A DNA stretch of 62,873 nucleotides, counting the filler, from Vannella sp. (taxonomy: Eukaryota), in the NCBI GenBank assembly GCA_023345925.1. It is 6 parts of 6 records of this genome, joined end to end, with 100 filler letters (N's around TTAATTAATTAA, not from the genome) between each part and the next. Parts side by side here need not be neighbours in the genome. Positions count along the whole stretch, not along the records: positions 50,654 to 62,873 come from JAJQQN010000454.1; 5 more parts are not named here. The stretch is one strand, 5' to 3'. Below, one piece after another: positions 59,077-62,873 of this stretch. Numbering within the stretch: position 1 is the first letter of the stretch; each line of letters starts with the position of its first letter. A program made the translations under genes and the position numbers. The notes beneath the pieces are model-generated. The model ran no database searches and was not told the origin of the DNA. It saw only the letters and a program-made list of their open reading frames with translations.

Positions 59077-62000
59077 ATGGTGAGGCACTTGATCTGTGAT
59101 GGAGGGGCGGTTGTCTAACCAGAGGGGCTGAATGGGATGTAGCCTTCTAAATTGGAAGTAAAGGTACGCTGAGTGTGGGGCTGGGAGGGACAGAGCCTAA
59201 CGTGGGTCTTCTGGTGCTCTTAGCGCAAGCTCAATGCCCGCTCTGAGCGCGTCAAGTCGGTGGATATTCACCCCACGGAGCCCTGGGTGCTGGCCAGTCT
59301 ATACAACGGAAACGTCCTCATCTGGGACTACAAGACAGAGGTACGAAGCCCTCCGTTCTCCCCTCCCGGAATGCCTCCTCATCGTGTTCTCTTGGCATAG
59401 GCAACCATCAAGTCCTTTGAAGTCACCAGTTTACCAGTGCGCTGCGCTCGTTTTGTCGCGCGCAAGCAATGGGTGGTCACTGGATCGGACGATATGATGA
59501 TTGGAGTGTACAACTACAACACCATGGCCAAGCTGAAGACTTTTGAGGCCCATACGGACTACATCCGTTGCTTGGCGGTCCATCCAACGCAACCTTTCCT
59601 TCTTTCCTCATCAGACGACATGCTCATCAAGCTATGGAACTGGGACAAAGGATGGCAATGCAGCCAAGTGTTCGAAGGACACAACCACTACGTAATGATG
59701 GTCACCTTTAACCCCAAAGATCCAAACACGTTTGCCTCCGCCTCCCTTGACCGCTCCATCAAGGTGAGCCTCCCTCGTTTGTTGCCATCGTGTCTAACAC
59801 TACGCAAAGATCTGGAACTTGAGTAGCCCTGCTCCCAACTACTCTTTAGAGGACCACGAGCGCGGGGTTAACAGCGTAGATTACTTTACAGGGGCGGACA
59901 AGCCCTACTTGGTGTCTGGTGCGGATGATCGTACGGTCAAGGTATGGGACTACCTCAGTAAGACCTGCTTGCAGACTTTGGAAGGGCACACTCACAACGT
60001 CTCCGTGGTGTGCTTCCACCCCACTCTGCCTTTGATTCTGTCGGGCTCGGAGGACTCCACCGTGCGCATTTGGAACGCTAACACGTACCGGTTGGAGAAG
60101 ACGCTTAACTATGGCATGGACCGAGTGTGGGCGCTCTCCACGCAGAAGAACTCGAACAGCGTGGCCATTGCGTACGACGAAGGCACTGTAATGATCAAGT
60201 TTGGCAGCGAAGAGCCTTCCATAAGCATGGACAAGGGCGGGAAGATCATCTGGTCCCGCCAGAACTCCATTCAGCAGATCAACATCAAGACCAGCGCTGG
60301 AGAGGAGCTGGTGGATGGCGAGCGGGTTAATATTGCTTCCAAAGAGTTGGGTACGAGTGAGGTCTTCCCTCAGTCTCTCAAGCACAACAACAACGGCCGC
60401 TTTGTGGTAGTTTGTGGCGATGGAGAGTTCATCATCTACACTGCCCTCGCTTGGCGCAACAAGAGCTTCGGCAAGGCTGTCGAGTTCGTTTGGGGGAATG
60501 ACACCGGCGAGTATGCCACCCGTGAGAACTCTTCCAAAGTCACCATCTTCAAGAACTTCAAGGAGGAGACGAGCTTCCGCCCTGACTCCTCCGCCGAAGG
60601 CATCTTCAGCGGCCGGCTGTTGGGGGTACGATCCAACTCTGCTTTGACCTTCTATGACTGGTCCAGCTGTGCTGTCATCCGTAAGATTGAGATTGTCCCC
60701 AAAGCCGTCTATTGGTCCGACAGCGGTGACTTTGTGGTGATTGCGTGTGACACCAGCTTCTACTTGCTCCGTTTCTGTCCCGATAAGGTGGCTGAGGCGT
60801 TTGACAGTGGTGCTGACATCCCTGTTGATGGCATTGAAGACGCCTTTGAGGTCCTTCACGAGATCCCCGAGCGGTAAGGGCCTCCTTGAGGGCTGTTTGG
60901 GTGCTTGCTTAGCTAACTGGTGGTTGTAGAGTGCGCTCTGCTTTGTGGGTGGGCGATTGCTTCATCTACACAAACGCTAATCGGCTGAACTATTGCGTTG
61001 GAGGCGAGGTTGTCACTCTGGCTCATCTGGAAGGGTAAGGGACCTGGCACCTGCCTGTTAACGCTCACTCATCACGATTTCAGGTCCATGTACCCCATTG
61101 GATACGTGCCCAAGCAAAGCAGGATCTACTGCGCTGACAAGTCGGTGAACTTGGTCAGTTATTCGCTGGATCTGAGCATCATCAACTACCAGACCGCCAT
61201 TCTTCGTGGGGACTTTGAAACAGCAAAGCAGATCCTTCCCAAAGTGCCTGAGGATCAGAAGAACCGCGTAGCACAGTTCTTGGAGAAGCAGGGACACCAA
61301 GAGATGGCTCTGGAGGTTGCCACCGACGCTGACTTGAAGTTTGAGTTGGCTCTGCACCTCAACAAGTTGAACACAGCTTATGCTTTAGCAAAGGAAGACG
61401 ATTCAGATGAGAAATGGCGCCAACTGGCTGATGTGGGACTGAGAAATGGCGAGATCGGCCTCACTCGCGAGTCTCTTATCCATGCACAAGATCTGGGGGG
61501 ACTCTTATCTCTCTGCACAGCCACAGGTGATCGCGGAGGACTCGCCAAGGTCGCTGCCAAGGCCAAGGAGGACGGGACAAACAACATTGCCTTTGTGGCC
61601 TTCTTCCTTTTGGGCGACATTCAATCTTGCCTCGATCTCCTCTGCAGCACAGGCCGCATTCCTGAAGCAGCCTTCCTTGCCCGCACGTATATGCCAAGGT
61701 AAGTCACAGTCCAAAGGCTGCTCACGTGGCAAGTCTGACCAGCTGGCTAGCCAAGTGGCGGACATTGTCAAGTTGTGGAAGGATGACCTGAAGTCAGTGA
61801 GTGTGAAGGCAGCAGAGTCGTTGGCGAACCCCGAAGAGTATCCCAATCTCTTCCCTGATCTCGAGTTTGCTCTTCAAGCAGAGAAAGTGCTCTTGTCCCG
61901 ACGTGCCTTGTCAGCAGATGCTTACCTTGCTGAGGTTGAGAACCGCAAGCGCGATCTCATTTTGGAAGCACGAGAGGGTCGCTTGGAGGCACCAGAGCTG

Positions 62001-62192
62001 GAGAGTCTCCCACAAGAAGACTTACAACAGGAGAGTGAGCCAGAGAAGGTCCAAGTGGAGTCTGCAGAAGAGCCCGAGGCTCCCCAGCCCATTCCCGCTG
62101 AAGATGATATCGACCTTGATCTTGAAGTTGGCGAGTTCGAAGGCGAAGTCGACATCGATGTGCCCGAGCTGGATCTTGATGACCTTGAATGA
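59077..62192 (+). CDS. COPB2: Coatomer beta-prime subunit (multi-exon; first coding exon is ATG only)
   Basis: [31 protein letters not shown]40 repeats ([21 protein letters not shown]), [18 protein letters not shown] and NPEEYPNLF. Confidence 0.98.
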
Positions 62193-62261
62193 GCCTTTCT
62201 TTCCCATACACTTCACTTGCTGATGCGAGTCTCGGGAAGGAACAGACAGAAGCGTTTGGGA

Positions 62262-62813
62262 TCATTCTTTGTGTTTAGGGTCAACAGAGAAGGACTGCCC
62301 ACAGCCACACACGGCGGTGGCATTGGGATTGTAGAAGACAAACTGGGACTCGGCTTCCCCCTCGACGTAGTCCATTGTCGTCCCGATCACGTACATCAAT
62401 GCTCGTGGGTCAACGACGACTCGGATGCCTGAGTCTGAAGAGGGAGGTGAGTGTTGCGCTTAACAACAGTCTGATGATCTCTTGCCTTCATCTGTGATGA
62501 CTTCGTCTAGTTTGGTGCCTTGTGTTTCATCATCATACTGAAGGGAGTAGGCGGCACCGACACAACCACTGGCCTCTTTGATACCCAGTCTAAACGAGTG
62601 AACAGGCTGCTCGCTCTTGGCTTGGAGAAACTTGAGACGATCCACAGCGCTCTTTGACTGCACCACCCGGTCAGTTCCGAGCGAGCCTCAGCTTTCTAAC
62701 CTTACCAGATCCAACACAGACTTTCGTATCTTATCAGAGCGCACAGCTGCTCTGGCTTTATCTCCAACAACAACGACCAACCTCCCCACACTCATCCGCA
62801 GTAATGGCCTCAT
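62262..62813 (-). CDS. ISCA1: A-type iron-sulfur cluster assembly protein (3 exons)
   Basis: SAVDRL..RLGIK..GCVGAAYSLQY..DEVI|GIRVVVDPRALMYVIGTTMDY..QFVFYNPNA..CGCGQSF. Start is 62813 or 62795. Confidence 0.93.
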
Positions 62814-62866
62814 TTCCTCCACATTTCCCACATTTCCCTCATTTCCCTCATTTCCCTCATTTCCCC
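62811..62866 (+). repeat. Tandem 9-mer (CATTTCCCT) x6, slightly degenerate
   Basis: Units begin at 62811, 62822, 62831, 62840, 62849 and 62858. Confidence 0.85.
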
Positions 62867-62873
62867 TTCCTGG

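Noticed and set aside
59846..60859. 337-aa antisense ORF opposite COPB2
   Set aside because: Same shadow-ORF effect.

Overview
Eukaryotic nuclear DNA from a very gene-dense protist genome (standard code, ~35-130 nt spliceosomal introns). It is probably amoebozoan: a Dictyostelium Shk-like kinase+SH2 gene and a multi-CH RhoGEF point that way, but this is inference. The window is not one locus. Five identical 100-nt spacers (N44-TTAATTAATTAA-N44) join six contigs: 1-15884, 15985-20910, 21011-30402, 30503-38320, 38421-50553 and 50654-62873. Adjacency across spacers means nothing. About 30 mostly housekeeping or signalling genes and one tRNA-Leu(UAG) were assembled by eye. I see no mobile element, CRISPR array or convincing new multi-gene system. 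Best leads: (i) a tRNA gene whose 3' end and Pol III terminator lie antisense inside the stop and last codons of ALG8; (ii) a mitochondrial SOD-fold protein lacking the catalytic outer-sphere residues (mitoribosomal mS42/mS43-like); (iii) a >2200-aa kinase/pseudophosphatase/Zn-domain fusion; (iv) divergent TPP1/Est3-like and Gemin8-like genes; (v) an intronless bacterial-type GNAT. Family calls come from motif recognition, not database searches. Exon boundaries and starts are approximate where stated.
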